From Nannocystis sp. RBIL2 (GTDB lineage: Bacteria; Myxococcota_A; Polyangia; Nannocystales; Nannocystaceae), in NCBI RefSeq assembly GCF_026626745.1, contig NZ_JAPNJW010000002.1, positions 1,126,151-1,190,150 of the forward strand: a DNA stretch of 64,000 nt, given 5' to 3'. Shown one piece after another: positions 28,250-37,735 of this stretch; within the stretch, counting starts at the first letter, position 1, and each line of letters begins with the position of its first letter. The translations under genes were made by a program, and so were the position numbers. Below the pieces are notes generated by a model. The model was given only the letters and a program-made list of their open reading frames with translations, did not search any database and was not told the origin of the DNA.

Positions 28250-29476
28250 ATGCTCACGGATGACCCGCGCTGGCGGCGAGCCCTCGCCGACCCCGACGCC
28301 GCGGCCGAGCTCCTGGCCGACCCGGCCGCGCGCGCCGAGTTCATGGCCGCCGTCGCCACCCTGCAGGCCGAGCACGACGACCTCGTGCTGCTGCACGACT
28401 CGACGCTCGAGCACGCCAACGAGATCGAGGAGCAGCTGGCAGTCAAGATCGAGCAAGTCGAGGCGCTGGTGGTCGAGCTCGAGCTGCGCAACACCTTCAT
28501 CCGCCAGGTGTTCGGCCGCCACGTCACCGACGAGGTCGTCAATACGTTGCTCGCCTCGCCGGAGGGCCGCCAGCTCGGCGGCGAGCGGCGCACCCTGACG
28601 ATCCTGATCTCCGACCTGCGCGGCTTCTCGACCCTCTGCGAGGGCCTGGGCCCCGAGCAGGTGGTGGCGATCCTCAACATCTACCTCGGCGCCATGGCCG
28701 ACGTGATCGGCGAGTACCGCGGCTCGATCAACGAGTTCATCGGCGACGCCATCCTCGCGGTGTTCGGCGCCCCGGTGCCGCAGGAGGACCACCCCGAGCG
28801 CGCGGTCGCCTGTGCGATCGCCATGCAGCGGGCGATGGGCCGCGTCAACGCCGCGCTGGCCGAGCACGGCCTGCCCGCGCTCGAGATGGGCATCGGCGTC
28901 CACACCGGCGAGGTCGTGGTCGGCAACATCGGCTCGAACCGCCGCGCCAAGTACGGCGTGGTCGGCCGCCACGTCAACCTGACGTCGCGCATCGAGAGCT
29001 ACACCGTCGGCGGCCAGGTCCTGATCTCCGAGTCGGCCGCGCGGGCCCTCGGCGACCGCCTCCGCACCCGCGGCTGCTTCGAGGTCCGGCCCAAGGGCGT
29101 GCGCGAGCCGATCACGATCCACGACGTCACCGGCGTCGACGGCCCGTTCGCCATCCACATGATCGAAGAGGCCGCCGCGTGGCGGGTCCTGGCCGAGCCG
29201 CAGCCGCTCGTGTTCACCGCGCTCGAGGGCAAGGACACCGGCGGCCAGGAGTTCCCGGCGCTGCTCGTGGCCCACGACGAGCGCCACAACGCCGAGCTGC
29301 GGGTCGCCGCCCCGCTGCCGCTGCGCGCCGACCTCAAGCTCGTGCTCGCCGCCCTGCCCGGCGTCGACGCCTACGCCAAGGTCGTCGCCGCCGGCCCGGG
29401 CCGCGCGGTGGTCCGCTTCACCGCCCTGCCCCGCGCGCTGCAAGAGCTGCTCGACTCCCTGCCCGCGCGCGAGTGA
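28250..29476 (+). CDS. class III adenylyl/guanylyl cyclase (CHD) with N-terminal coiled coil and C-terminal unknown domain
   Basis: Cyclase motifs RTLTILISDLRGFSTL, FIGDAILAVFGAP, GIGVHTGEVVVGNIGS and KYGVVGRHVNLTSRIES. Confidence 0.85.
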   Translation: MLTDDPRWRRALADPDAAAELLADPAARAEFMAAVATLQAEHDDLVLLHDSTLEHANEIEEQLAVKIEQVEALVVELELRNTFIRQVFGRHVTDEVVNTLLASPEGRQLGGERRTLTILISDLRGFSTLCEGLGPEQVVAILNIYLGAMADVIGEYRGSINEFIGDAILAVFGAPVPQEDHPERAVACAIAMQRAMGRVNAALAEHGLPALEMGIGVHTGEVVVGNIGSNRRAKYGVVGRHVNLTSRIESYTVGGQVLISESAARALGDRLRTRGCFEVRPKGVREPITIHDVTGVDGPFAIHMIEEAAAWRVLAEPQPLVFTALEGKDTGGQEFPALLVAHDERHNAELRVAAPLPLRADLKLVLAALPGVDAYAKVVAAGPGRAVVRFTALPRALQELLDSLPARE

Positions 29477-29494
29477 AGCGCCGACGGGAAGTCC

Positions 29495-29565
29495 CCGAGG
29501 ACATGTCGCCTCGGACATGTCCCGGAAGACCTTTCCCGCAGAGCATGCCCCTTCGGACATGCCCT
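29495..29565. repeat. 14/28-bp phased array of GACATG(T/C)C half-sites in convergent gap
   Basis: CATG occurs at 29502, 29516, 29544 and 29558 (spacings 14, 28, 14): ggacatgtcgcc, cggacatgtccc, gcatgcccc, ggacatgccc. Confidence 0.8.
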
Positions 29566-29573
29566 TTCGACCA

Positions 29574-31085
29574 TCAGTCGCGGCGGGCCAGCAGCGTCGC
29601 GTGCATGTCGCTGCCGTCGAGGCTCTCGTCGAGCGGCTCGTCGATGTCGATGATCACGCTCTCGCCGCCCGAGCTCGTCGGCGGCGGGATCGGCGGGACC
29701 GAGCGCGGCGCCACCGAGCCCGGCGGGGCCTCGACGGGGGCGCTCCGCGACCCGCGACCCTCGACGCCGGCGAAGCGGGCCGCCAGGGTGCGCACGAACG
29801 CGCCCATCCACGGCTTCATCGACGTCAGCTCCTCCTCGATCAGGTCGCTGGTGATCTTGGTGAGCGTCGCGTCCTCGACCACCAGCACGCTGGCGGTCCG
29901 GCGCGAGGCGGCGAAGATCGAAGTCTCGCCGAACACGTCGCCCGGCCCGAGCCAGCGCAGCGACACGTGGTGCCCCGCCTCAAGCTTGTAGACCTCGAGC
30001 CTGCCGGCCAGCACGATGTAGGCCGCGTCGCCGATCTCACCCTCGCGGATCACGTGGTCGCCGGCGGCGAAGCGGACCGTCTGGAAGCTGCCGCTGCCGC
30101 GCAGCAGGCGGACGATGTCGGCCTGCAGCGCCGCCACGCTCGGGTAGCGATCCTCGGGATCGCGGCGCAGCGCCCGGGTCACGATGCGCACCAGCTCGCG
30201 CGGGAACGGCACCGCGACGTGGCTGTCGGGCGGGGCGAACTTCGCCTCGCGCGCGAGGATCAGCGCGTCCATCGCCGTGCGCGCCTGGTACGGCGGCCGC
30301 CCGACCATCATCTCGTAGAGCAGCGCCCCCATCGAGAACACGTCGGCGCGCTCGTCGAGCGGATGGCTGTTGGCCTGCTCCGGCGACATGTACGACGGCG
30401 TGCCGAACACCAGCCCGTCGGTCTCCGACGGCGGCAGCGGCGGCAGGGCGTCACGGACCCACCGCGCCTCGTCCTCGGCGGAGCGCAGCGGCAGGATCTG
30501 GGCCCCGCCCCAGTCCATCAGATAGACCTGGCCGTAGGCGCCGACCATCACGTTGGCCGACTTGATGTCGCAGTGGATCACCCCGCGGCTGTGGGCGAAC
30601 GACAGCGCGTCGCACACCTTGACGAAGATCTCGAGGCGGTGGAACAGCCGCTCGTGGTCGGTCGCCGGCTCGCCGCCGATCAGCGCCTTCAAGCTCTGGC
30701 CCTCGACCAACTTCATCGTGAAGTAGAGCTGGCCCTGCTCGTCGCGCCCGAGCTCGTGGATCGGCACGATGTTGGGGTGGTCGAGCTGACCGGTCACCTG
30801 GGCCTCGCGCAAGAACCCGTGCACGAGGATCAGGTGGTCGTAGGTCTTGGCGTGCATGGTCTTGGCGGCCATCCGCCGCTGCAGCACCTCGTCGAACGCG
30901 AGCCGCACCGAGCCCATCCCGCCGCGCGCCAGCTCGTCGCCGAACGACAGCCGCGGCACCTGGTCCGGCAGCGCCGCGCGGATGAGGGCCTCGAGCCGCT
31001 CCTCATAGGAGAGCGGGGAGTCGCGGTCGAACAGCCGCTCGAGCGCGGCGCTGGGGGGCGAGCCTCCGGGGCGGCGACCTGGCAT
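29574..31085 (-). CDS. Hanks-type Ser/Thr protein kinase with C-terminal cyclic-nucleotide-binding (cNMP) domain
   Basis: Kinase subdomains (GGMGSVRLA, AAK, HCDIKSANV, DWG, SPE). The C-terminus has a CAP-type cNMP-binding domain (FAAGDHVIREGEIGDAAYIVLAGRLEV…GPGDVFGETS). The probable start is the ATG at 31085. Confidence 0.85.
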   Translation of the reverse strand: MPGRRPGGSPPSAALERLFDRDSPLSYEERLEALIRAALPDQVPRLSFGDELARGGMGSVRLAFDEVLQRRMAAKTMHAKTYDHLILVHGFLREAQVTGQLDHPNIVPIHELGRDEQGQLYFTMKLVEGQSLKALIGGEPATDHERLFHRLEIFVKVCDALSFAHSRGVIHCDIKSANVMVGAYGQVYLMDWGGAQILPLRSAEDEARWVRDALPPLPPSETDGLVFGTPSYMSPEQANSHPLDERADVFSMGALLYEMMVGRPPYQARTAMDALILAREAKFAPPDSHVAVPFPRELVRIVTRALRRDPEDRYPSVAALQADIVRLLRGSGSFQTVRFAAGDHVIREGEIGDAAYIVLAGRLEVYKLEAGHHVSLRWLGPGDVFGETSIFAASRRTASVLVVEDATLTKITSDLIEEELTSMKPWMGAFVRTLAARFAGVEGRGSRSAPVEAPPGSVAPRSVPPIPPPTSSGGESVIIDIDEPLDESLDGSDMHATLLARRD

Positions 31086-31137
31086 GCGGGGCCACGATAC
31101 AATGGCGCCTCGGCGGTGGTACACCGGGACGGCCGGC

Positions 31138-32292
31138 ATGGACCTGCGCACTGCCCTCGTCACGCTCCGCCTGCGCCACCCGTTCGGCCTGTCGCGCGGC
31201 ACCGTGAGCGAACTGCCGAGCTTGCTCGTGCGCCTTGACCCGGGCGACCCGGACGGCGCCGCAGCGGACGGCCCCGATCGCCGCGGCCTCGGCGAGGCCT
31301 CGCCCGTGCGCTACCTCGGTCAGTCGGCGATCGCCGCCGCGCCTCTGGCCACAGCGATCGCGGCCGAGCTGTCCCCCGAGATCCTCGCCGACCCGCGCGC
31401 GATCGCGGCCGCCGGCCCGCGCATGCGCGAGCTCGCCCCCGATCACTCCGCGGCCCGCTGCGCCGTCGACACCGCCCTGTGGGACGCGGCCGCGCGCGCC
31501 CGCGGCCGCTCGCTGGCCGAGCTGCTGGCCGACCCCGACGTGCTCGATCGGGCAGGTCTCGATCGCCATGTCCTTTCGGCCACCTCGGGGGCGACCGTCA
31601 CCTCTTACACGATCGCGCTCGACGAGCTCCCGGCGATGGCGGCCCGCGCGGCCGCGGCCGCGCACCTCCCGGTGCTCAAGATCAAGCTCGGCAAGGGCCG
31701 CGAATTCGACCGCAAGGCCGTGCGTGCGATCGCCGCCGCCGCCCCGAACGCCCGCCTGCGGGTCGACGCCAACGGCGGCTGGACCCCGGACGACGTGCGC
31801 GACCTGCTCCCGCTGCTGATCGACCTCGGGGTCGAGCAGCTCGAGCAGCCGCTGCCTGCGGGTCGGCCCGACCTCCTCGCGGCGCTCGCGCGCGACTGCC
31901 CCCTGCCGATCTACGCCGACGAGGACGTGCAGGGCCCGGACGACGTGGCGGCGCTGCGGGGCCGGGTCGCGGGCATCAACGTCAAGCTGATGAAGTGCGG
32001 CGGGATCTCGCCGGCCCTGGCGACGATCGCCGCAGCCCGGGAAAACGGCCTGCGGGTGCTCGTCGGCTGCATGATCGAGACCCGCGTCGGGCTCGCCGCC
32101 GGCGCCGCCCTGGCCCGCCTCGCCGACGAGGCCGACCTCGACGCCCACATGCTCACGCGGGCCGACCCGATGCCGCCGGGGAGTCAAGAGCGGCTCGCGC
32201 CCGACCTGCCGCGGCTTTGCGGCCCCGGCCTCGGCGTCCCGCCCGGGGCGTTGCCCGCGGACGGCGACCCGGGGCCCGGGCGCGTGGCATAA
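31138..32292 (+). CDS. enolase-superfamily dipeptide epimerase (L-Ala-D/L-Glu epimerase-like)
   Basis: MR/MLE-family metal ligands (KIKLG…RVDANGGW…EQP…ADE…KLMKCGG). Divergent from the kinase. Confidence 0.7.
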   Translation: MDLRTALVTLRLRHPFGLSRGTVSELPSLLVRLDPGDPDGAAADGPDRRGLGEASPVRYLGQSAIAAAPLATAIAAELSPEILADPRAIAAAGPRMRELAPDHSAARCAVDTALWDAAARARGRSLAELLADPDVLDRAGLDRHVLSATSGATVTSYTIALDELPAMAARAAAAAHLPVLKIKLGKGREFDRKAVRAIAAAAPNARLRVDANGGWTPDDVRDLLPLLIDLGVEQLEQPLPAGRPDLLAALARDCPLPIYADEDVQGPDDVAALRGRVAGINVKLMKCGGISPALATIAAARENGLRVLVGCMIETRVGLAAGAALARLADEADLDAHMLTRADPMPPGSQERLAPDLPRLCGPGLGVPPGALPADGDPGPGRVA

Positions 32293-32305
32293 TCCACGCT
32301 CCACC

Positions 32306-35300
32306 TTGAATCCCGACGAGCCCCAGGCCCGCGCCTCGCTGCCGGTGACGCCACCTGTCCCTGAGGACATCCTTCCGCGTCCGCTCGGCCGCTACGAGCT
32401 GGTGCGTCGGGTCGGCTCCGGCAGCATGGGCGTCGTCTACGCCGCGCTCGATCGCGACAGCGGCCGCACCATCGCGGTCAAGACCCTGCACCAGCTCGAC
32501 CCGGGCGCGCTGTTCCGCCTCAAGAACGAGTTCCGCAGCGCCGCCGGCCTGTCGCACCCCAACCTCGTCAGCCTCCACCAGCTCGTCTCGCACGACGACG
32601 AGTGGTTCATCACCATGGAGTTCGTCGACGGCGTCAGCTTCGTCGACCATGTCCGTCAGGGCATGTCCGAAAAGCCAGGCGCTGCGCCGCCGCCGGAGCG
32701 CCTGCGCCCGGCCCTGCTGCAGCTAGCCGCCGGCGTCAGCGCCCTGCACGCCGCCGGCAAGCTGCACCGCGACCTCAAGTCGTCGAACGTGCTGGTGACC
32801 GCCGATGGCCGCGTCGTCATCCTCGACTTCGGCCTCGCCGCCGACGACGTCGCCGAGGGCGGCGAGGACGGCCTGCTCGGCACGCCGGCGACGATGGCGC
32901 CGGAGCAGGCCGCCGGCAACCCGGCCTCGCCCGCGAGCGACTGGTACGCGATCGGCGTCATGCTCTACGAGGCGCTCACCGGCCGCCTGCCGTTCACCGG
33001 CCCGCCGCTCGCGATCCTCCACGCCAAGCAGCACGAAGATCCGGCCCCGCCGCAGGCGCTCGTGCCCGACGTCGATCCGGAGCTGGCGACCCTGTGCGTG
33101 GGCCTGCTGCAGCGCGACCCGGCCGCGCGGCTCGGCGGCGCCGACATCCGCGAGGCCCTCGGCGAGGCCCCGCTCGGCCCCACCGAGTCGGGCGCGCGCT
33201 TCGTCGGCCGCGACGACCTGCTGTCGGCGATGCGCGACGCCTTCCAGCTCGCGCTCGCCGGCTCGCCGGTGTGCGTGTACGTCCGCGGCCGCTCCGGCAT
33301 CGGCAAGACCGCGCTCATCGATCGCTTCATCGCCGAGCTGCGCCGCAACGACCGCGCCTTCGTCCTCCAGGGCCGCTGCTACGAGCGCGAGAGCGTGCCG
33401 TACAAGGCCTTCGACAGCGTCCTCGACGCGCTCGCGCAGCACCTCCGCCACCTCCCGCAGGAGGAGGCCGCGGCCCTGCTGCCGCGCGAGATCCACGAGC
33501 TCACGCGGCTGTTCCCCGTCCTCGCGCGCGCCCCCGTGGTCGCCGATCTGCCGCAGCGCAACTTCGTCGCCCCCGACCCGCAAGAGGCACGGCGTCGGGC
33601 CTTCCGCGGGCTCAAGGAGCTGCTGGCGCGGATCGCCGATCGCCGCCCCCTGGTGCTGCGGATCGCCGATCTCCAGTGGGGCGACGAGGACAGCGCGCGC
33701 CTGCTCGCCGAGCTGCTGTCGCCGCCCGATCCGCCGGCGATGCTCTTCATCGGCTCGTACCGCATCGACGAGGACGACGCGCCGATGCTCCGCGAGCTGC
33801 GGCGGCTCGGCGCGCGGCCCGAGCTCAAGGCTCTGGTGCGCGACCTGCTGGTCGAGCCGCTCTCGCCCGATCAGGCCGAGGAGCTCGCGCTGGCCCGGCT
33901 CGGCCGTGACAGCGACAGCGCCCGCGCCGAGGCGCGCCGGATCGCCGCCGAGTCGGGCGGCAACCCGCTGTTCGTCGAGGAGCTCGCGCGCCACATCGCC
34001 GGTCACCGCGGCGCCGCGCCGGCCGAGGTCTCGCTCGACGCGGTCGTGCGCACTCGCCTCGCCGGCCTGCGCGCCGCGGGTCGCAGCCTGCTCGAGATCG
34101 TCGCCATCGCCGGGCGGCCGATCCCGCCGAGCCTCGCGTTCACGGCCTCGGGCGTCACCGATCGCTCGGTCCTCGGCGAGCTGCAGGCGCAGCACCTGCT
34201 GCGCACTCTGGCCTCGCGCAGCGGCGACACCGTCGAGTGCTATCACGACCGGATCCGCGACACCGTGCTGGCGCAGCTCGACGGCGAGCGCCAGGCGCAG
34301 CTGCACCGCACCCTCGCCGACGCGCTCGCGCAGTCGGCCGACGACCCCGAGCTGCTGGCGCACCACCTCCACGCCGCCGGCGCCTTGAAGGAGGCGCACG
34401 CCGCCGCCGTCGCCGCCGCCGAGCGGGCCGCCGCCGCGCTCGCGTTCTACCGCGCCGCCCAGCTGTACGGCCGCGCCCTCGCGTGGGCGCCCGACCTCCC
34501 GGACGACGAGCGCCGCGCCCTCCTCCGCCGTCGCGCCGACGCGCTCGCGCTGGCCGGTCGCAGCGCCGAGGCGGCCCCGGTCTACGCCAGCGCCGCCGAG
34601 GGCGCCTCGCCGGCCGAATCACTCGAGCTGCGCCGCCGCGCCGGCGAGCAGTTCCTCGTCAGCGGCAACATCGACCAGGGCGTGCGGATGCTGCGCCCCG
34701 CGCTGGTCGAGGTCGACCTCGGCTACCCGGCCACGCCGGGCCGCGCCAACATGTCGATCATCACCCGCTCCACGCAGCTCAGCTTGCGCGGGCTCGGCTT
34801 CGCCGCGGTGCGCGAGGAGCAGGTCCCGCCGGCCGATCTGCTGCGCCTCGACGTGTGCCTGTCGGCGGCCGTCGGCCTCGCCTTCGTCGATCCGATCCGC
34901 GGCTACAGCTTCTACCAGCGCGGCCTCCTCCTGGCCCTTCAGACAGGTGAGCCGCAGCGCATCGCCCGCGCGCTCGCCGGCGTCGGCGCCATGATCATGA
35001 GCCGCGGCACCGCCAACGCCGTCAGCCGCGGCACCACCCTGCTCAAGGAGGCGCGCCGCCTCGCCGAACAGATCTCGGAGCCGCGCCTCATCGGCCTGTG
35101 CGAGATCGTCGACGCCATCGCCGCCGTCTCGCTCGGCCGCTGGCGCCGCGCGCTCGAGCACTGCGAGCAGGGCGCCCAGATCCTGCTCGACCGCTGCGTC
35201 GGCGTCGGCTGGGAGCTCGACCTCGCCCGCATGAGCACGATGCGCGGCCTGTTCATGCTCGGCGAGCTGGCCGAGCTCGGCCACCGCGCCCACGCCTGGC

Positions 35301-35992
35301 TGCGCGAGTCGGAGGACGCCGGCGATCTGTGCGGCGAGGTCTGGTCGGCCCTCTACAGCGCCTACGCTCTGCTCGGCGCCGACGACATCACCAGCGCCCG
35401 CGACCGCGTGCGCGGGGCGATGCGCCGCTGGTCGAAGGAGGGCTTCCACTTCCAGCACATGCTCGCGCTGCTCCTCGAGACCTCGTGCGACCTGTACCAA
35501 GGGCAAGGTGGCTCGGCCTGGCAGCGTCTGGCCGAGAACTGGGTCGCCGTCGAGAACTCGTACATCTTCGGCTGGCAGGGCCAGCGGATCCTCTTCCTCC
35601 ACGCGCGGGGCCTCGCCGCCGTCGCGGCCGCGCGCGAGCAGCCGCACAACGCCGGCGTCCTGCTCGCCGCCGCCGAACGCGACGCCGCGCAGCTCGAGGA
35701 GGACCGCGCGCTGCGCCACGACTCCGTCGCCATGGCCGCGCTGATCCGGGCCGGCATCGCCGCACAGAACGGCGACATCCAGCAGGCGCTCGTCCGCCTC
35801 GAGGCCGCCGCCGCCAGCTTCGACACCGCCGACATGCCGGTCCACGCCGCCTGCGCCCGTCGCCGCCGCGGCGAGCTGCTGGGTCCCAGCGGCGCCACGT
35901 TGATCGCCCAGGCCGACCAGTACCTCGCCTCGCGGGCCATCCTCCGCCCCGCGCAGTGGAGCGCGATGTACAACGGCAGCGCGCCCACCTGA
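32306..35992 (+). CDS. large Ser/Thr protein kinase with AAA+ (STAND/AAA_16) ATPase and TPR-like regulatory domain (PknK-like)
   Basis: N-terminal Hanks kinase (GSGSMGVVY, VAVK, HRDLKSSNV, DFG, APE). It has a Walker A (GRSGIGKTAL) and a long helical/TPR region. TTG start at 32306, or GTG at 32347. Confidence 0.85.
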   Translation: MNPDEPQARASLPVTPPVPEDILPRPLGRYELVRRVGSGSMGVVYAALDRDSGRTIAVKTLHQLDPGALFRLKNEFRSAAGLSHPNLVSLHQLVSHDDEWFITMEFVDGVSFVDHVRQGMSEKPGAAPPPERLRPALLQLAAGVSALHAAGKLHRDLKSSNVLVTADGRVVILDFGLAADDVAEGGEDGLLGTPATMAPEQAAGNPASPASDWYAIGVMLYEALTGRLPFTGPPLAILHAKQHEDPAPPQALVPDVDPELATLCVGLLQRDPAARLGGADIREALGEAPLGPTESGARFVGRDDLLSAMRDAFQLALAGSPVCVYVRGRSGIGKTALIDRFIAELRRNDRAFVLQGRCYERESVPYKAFDSVLDALAQHLRHLPQEEAAALLPREIHELTRLFPVLARAPVVADLPQRNFVAPDPQEARRRAFRGLKELLARIADRRPLVLRIADLQWGDEDSARLLAELLSPPDPPAMLFIGSYRIDEDDAPMLRELRRLGARPELKALVRDLLVEPLSPDQAEELALARLGRDSDSARAEARRIAAESGGNPLFVEELARHIAGHRGAAPAEVSLDAVVRTRLAGLRAAGRSLLEIVAIAGRPIPPSLAFTASGVTDRSVLGELQAQHLLRTLASRSGDTVECYHDRIRDTVLAQLDGERQAQLHRTLADALAQSADDPELLAHHLHAAGALKEAHAAAVAAAERAAAALAFYRAAQLYGRALAWAPDLPDDERRALLRRRADALALAGRSAEAAPVYASAAEGASPAESLELRRRAGEQFLVSGNIDQGVRMLRPALVEVDLGYPATPGRANMSIITRSTQLSLRGLGFAAVREEQVPPADLLRLDVCLSAAVGLAFVDPIRGYSFYQRGLLLALQTGEPQRIARALAGVGAMIMSRGTANAVSRGTTLLKEARRLAEQISEPRLIGLCEIVDAIAAVSLGRWRRALEHCEQGAQILLDRCVGVGWELDLARMSTMRGLFMLGELAELGHRAHAWLRESEDAGDLCGEVWSALYSAYALLGADDITSARDRVRGAMRRWSKEGFHFQHMLALLLETSCDLYQGQGGSAWQRLAENWVAVENSYIFGWQGQRILFLHARGLAAVAAAREQPHNAGVLLAAAERDAAQLEEDRALRHDSVAMAALIRAGIAAQNGDIQQALVRLEAAAASFDTADMPVHAACARRRRGELLGPSGATLIAQADQYLASRAILRPAQWSAMYNGSAPT

Positions 35993-36125
35993 CGCGCGGC
36001 CGCATCGACCGCGCGACTCGTCTGCCTCCGCCGCATCGCGCCTCCGCGGGCTCTCCTCACCGCGGCGCTCGCCGACGATGAACCCCGCAGCTCGGCTCGC
36101 TCGCACCGGCCCGTCCGCCGGCCGC

Positions 36126-36193
36126 GACCGACCAGCGTGAGCTCCGCAGCCCGACCGGCGTGAGCTCCGCAGCCCGACCGGCGTGAGCCCCGC
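36126..36193. repeat. 3 x 22-23 bp tandem direct repeat upstream of purT
   Basis: cgaccagcgtgagctccgcagc / ccgaccggcgtgagctccgcagc / ccgaccggcgtgagccccgcacc. Confidence 0.8.
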
Positions 36194-36303
36194 ACCGCCG
36201 CGCATCGGCCCGCGCGAGGCCCTGGCCGACGCGTGTGACCTCGCGCCCGCGGCGCCCGCCTTGCCGCGCGCGACAGTGCGCCACTATCCTGCGCGCGCTC
36301 GCC

Positions 36304-37500
36304 ATGGATCTCACGCTCGGCACTCCTCTGTCTCCCTCGTCCACACGGCTGCTCCTGCTCGGCTCGGGCGAACTCGGCCGCGAGGTTGCGATCGAAGCCA
36401 TGCGCCTCGGCGTCGAGGTCATCGCGTGCGACCGCTACGCCAACGCTCCGGCGATGCAGGTCGCGCACCGCAGCCACGTGTTCGACATGCAGGACCGCGA
36501 CGCGGTGCGGGCCGTCGTCGCCCGCGAGAAGCCCCACTACATCGTCCCCGAGATCGAGGCCATCGCCACCGACGCGCTGGTCGAGCTCGAGAGCGAGGGC
36601 TGGGCAGTCATCCCGACCGCGCGGGCCACCCGGCTCACCATGGACCGCGAGGGCATCCGCCGCCTCGCCGCCGAGCAGCTCGGCCTGCCGACCAGCCCGT
36701 ACGCCTTCGCCGACACGCGCGAGGAGGTCGAGGCCGCGGTCCAGCGCCTCGGCCTGCCGTGCGTGATCAAGCCCGTCATGTCGAGCTCGGGCAAGGGTCA
36801 GAGCACCGTGCGCACCGCCGCCGACGTCGCCGTCGCGTGGGAGTACGCGCTGTCGGGCGCCCGCGGCCGCTCGGCCCGCGTCATCGTCGAGGGCTTCGTC
36901 CCGTTCGACTACGAGATCACGCTGCTCACGATCCGCACGCGCCACGAGGGCACCCTGTTCTGCCCGCCGATCGGCCACCGGCAGGAGCGCGGCGACTACA
37001 TGGAGTCGTGGCAGCCGCACGCGATGGCGCCGCAGGCCCTCGCCCGCGCGCAGGAGATCGCCGCCGCAGTCACCGAGGCGCTCGGCGGCGCCGGCCTGTT
37101 CGGCGTCGAGCTGTTCGTCGTCGGCGACGACGTCATCTTCAGCGAGGTCAGCCCGCGCCCGCACGACACCGGCATGGTCACCATGATCACGCAGGATCAG
37201 AGCGAGTTCGAGCTGCACGTGCGCGCGATCCTCGGCCTCCCGATCGGCCAGGTCATCCTCCGCGCGCCCGGGGCCTCCGCCGTGGTCCTGGCCGATCGGC
37301 CAGGCACCAACCCGCGCTTTACCGGCGTCGGCAAGGCGCTCGCCGACCCGCGCACCAAGATCCGCCTGTTCAGCAAGCCCGACACCCGCAAGTACCGGCG
37401 CATGGGCGTCGTCCTGGCCTACGGCGACGACGTCGCCGAGTGCCGCGCCCGCGCCGAAGCAGCCGCCGCCGAGATCCGCGTGGTCGTCGACGCCGGCTGA
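36304..37500 (+). CDS. purT: formate-dependent phosphoribosylglycinamide formyltransferase (GAR transformylase 2)
   Basis: ATP-grasp fold. PurT-specific N-terminus ([24 protein letters not shown]) and PurT-type C-terminus. Confidence 0.9.
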   Translation: MDLTLGTPLSPSSTRLLLLGSGELGREVAIEAMRLGVEVIACDRYANAPAMQVAHRSHVFDMQDRDAVRAVVAREKPHYIVPEIEAIATDALVELESEGWAVIPTARATRLTMDREGIRRLAAEQLGLPTSPYAFADTREEVEAAVQRLGLPCVIKPVMSSSGKGQSTVRTAADVAVAWEYALSGARGRSARVIVEGFVPFDYEITLLTIRTRHEGTLFCPPIGHRQERGDYMESWQPHAMAPQALARAQEIAAAVTEALGGAGLFGVELFVVGDDVIFSEVSPRPHDTGMVTMITQDQSEFELHVRAILGLPIGQVILRAPGASAVVLADRPGTNPRFTGVGKALADPRTKIRLFSKPDTRKYRRMGVVLAYGDDVAECRARAEAAAAEIRVVVDAG

Positions 37501-37514
37501 GCATTGCGACTTCG

Positions 37515-37690
37515 GGACATGTCACTCGCTACATGTCTCATGCGGCATGTCTTTATCGACATGTCGCATGGTCCATCCGCGTTCTCTCTGAGGATCGCCG
37601 TTGGCGGCCGCACTCTCGGCGACGCCAGACGAGCGACTGCTTGCGATCGGACATGTCGTCACGACATGTCCCAGAAGCCATGAGAGCGAG
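37515..37690. repeat. dense cluster (>=8 copies) of ACATGTC half-sites incl. strict 14-bp phased array
   Basis: CATG at 37518, 37532, 37546 and 37560 (period 14), then 37567, plus GGACATGTCGTC and CGACATGTCCC at 37648-37675. Lies between the convergent purT and 37736 genes. Confidence 0.85.
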
Positions 37691-37735
37691 TCCGCCGTGG
37701 CTCGCCCCAGCGGCCGCGCTCGGAGGAAGAGCGGC

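Noticed and set aside
32355-32375. TGTCC-CTGA-GGACA copy inside the start of the kinase gene as a separate regulatory site
   Set aside because: It is within the CDS and its function cannot be separated from coding. It is noted only as a member of the repeat family.
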